DNA of 64,000 bases from Octopus sinensis (Eukaryota), in the NCBI RefSeq assembly GCF_006345805.1, contig NC_043003.1:97774001-97838000 (forward strand). The letters are read 5' to 3'. The position numbers were made by a program, and so were the translations under genes. The notes below the pieces were generated by a model, which searched no databases, had not been told where the DNA came from, and worked only from the letters and a program-made list of their open reading frames with translations. This document shows positions 62,314 to 64,000 of the stretch, in pieces (position 1 is the stretch's first letter; each line of letters begins with the position of its first letter).

Positions 62314-62574
62314 ACTTATAAAATTTTATAAATTGTATTAATTTCTTCACATGTATTATTTATTTTACAAAAAAAATATGTGCTACCTTTTTCTTTGGGT
62401 GGGGGAGTGGTCTTATCCGACGAATATAAGCATAAACCTGTATTATACCTCAAAAGTTTATAGGTCGACTTATGTGTAGGATCGACTTATACGCCGAAAC
62501 ATACGGTAGGTACGTACATAGATACACATAGGTATGGAAGCATGCAAATAAACGAACAATCAAACCTAGAAAAA

Positions 62575-62721
<147 letters not shown>

Positions 62722-62979
62722 GATAAATGCATATGTACGTACGTACATACATACATACATATATACATGCATACATATATTCATGCATACATACATACAT
62801 ACATACAAACATGCACACGCATACATACATGTATGTATACGTCTATGTATCATATTTAATGCAGATACACCAGGGTTGTGTGTGCTAAGATAAAATCTGT
62901 CTTCACTGATATAGGAAAAAATCACTGATGCTGCAAGTAGTCGGCCTACTGAATAAAGATCCGTTATGTGCAACAGAAG

Positions 62980-63011
<32 letters not shown>

Positions 63012-64000
63012 AACACACCCATGCATACATGCGCACACGCACGCACATAAGCAAAGACATATATACACGTAAATACATACACATGTAAATACATACACAT
63101 GTAAATACATACACATACATACACGTAAATACATACACTGTATGTGAGTATGTAGTCATACTCACATACAGAAGCAGACACGCACATACACACATACACA
63201 CATACACAGACACATTTGACACACCCTTCGTTTAATTACATAGTTAATATACGATTATACATTTATGTAATTAATATATAATTACATACTTGATTAAATA
63301 CATAATTAAATATTTACATAATTAAGTATTTAAATGTAATAACATGATTAGGTAATTAACACGTAATGATAGGATTTCATGATTATCATATTAATTACAT
63401 ATTTATATAATTGATACATAGTTACATTAATACATAATTAATCCTTAATTACAATATTTACAAGGAAGTAGTTTGACGAGGTGGCAGAATCGTTAGCGCA
63501 CCGGCAAAATACTTATCGGCATTTCGTCCACCTTATGCTCTGAGTTCAAATTCCGCCGAAGTCGACTTTGCATTTCATCCTTTCAGGGTCGATAAAATAA
63601 ATACCAGTTGATCAATGGGGTCGATGTAACCGACTTACCTCTTCTCCGAACTTGCTGGCTTTGTGCCAAAATTTGGAATCAATATTTACAAAGAAGTATT
63701 CTTAGTCTTGCTCTGAAAGGCTGCTGGTGTTATAAAACCATTACAAAGTGTATCTGAGCCGTCGAGGATGCTTCCACTTTGTCGCTCGACCGGCTTGATA
63801 ATGTAACTAAATCTCTCTCATATTAATGTTTTAAAGGTTAGGAAAAAATTGTAAATTTGTACATTTGTACAAAAGGCACAGGCGTGGATGCGTGGGTAAG
63901 AAGTTTGCATCTCCAACATGTGATCATGGGTTGAGTCCTACATGACGGCCCCTCTGGTCTGGTGTCGTTTACTATAGCCTTGTCGACAAAAACTGAAAGA

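Larger units (their letters stand above)
59481..62506 (+). mobile_element. Full-span pogo/Tc2-type (POGK-like) DNA transposon with SINE insertions
   Basis: TA-CCGTATATGCCGACGTATAAGTCG ... CGACTTATACGCCGAAACATACGG-TA (TIRs about 20/24 identical). Confidence 0.88.

Overview
AT-rich, microsatellite-dense animal genomic DNA. The repeat families resemble those I recall from octopus genomes; that is an inference, not a database result. One gene is well supported: the 3' part of EXOC1/Sec3 (exocyst subunit 1) on the + strand. It has 10 phase-compatible GT-AG exons from 18244 to a TGA ending at 36979, giving a 320-aa C-terminal stretch that includes 24-nt and 21-nt microexons. A weaker, hand-threaded candidate gene lies tail-to-tail on the - strand (39902-47030). 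Its intron holds a Penelope-type terminus with a minimal hammerhead-ribozyme-like fold (45109-45146). The rest is transposon-derived: several tRNA-headed SINE families, RTE-type LINE fragments, a solo LTR, piggyBac-, hAT- and Tc1/mariner-type MITEs, and fold-back palindromes. There is also a 23-copy 43-bp minisatellite and, from 48 to 62.5 kb, a nested stack of decayed DNA transposons (hAT Buster/Charlie, hAT Tip100-like, mariner, pogo/POGK-like). Most ORFs in the supplied track are microsatellite or repeat artefacts. No CRISPR, rRNA or genuine tRNA gene was seen. All alignments and protein similarities were done by eye and from memory.
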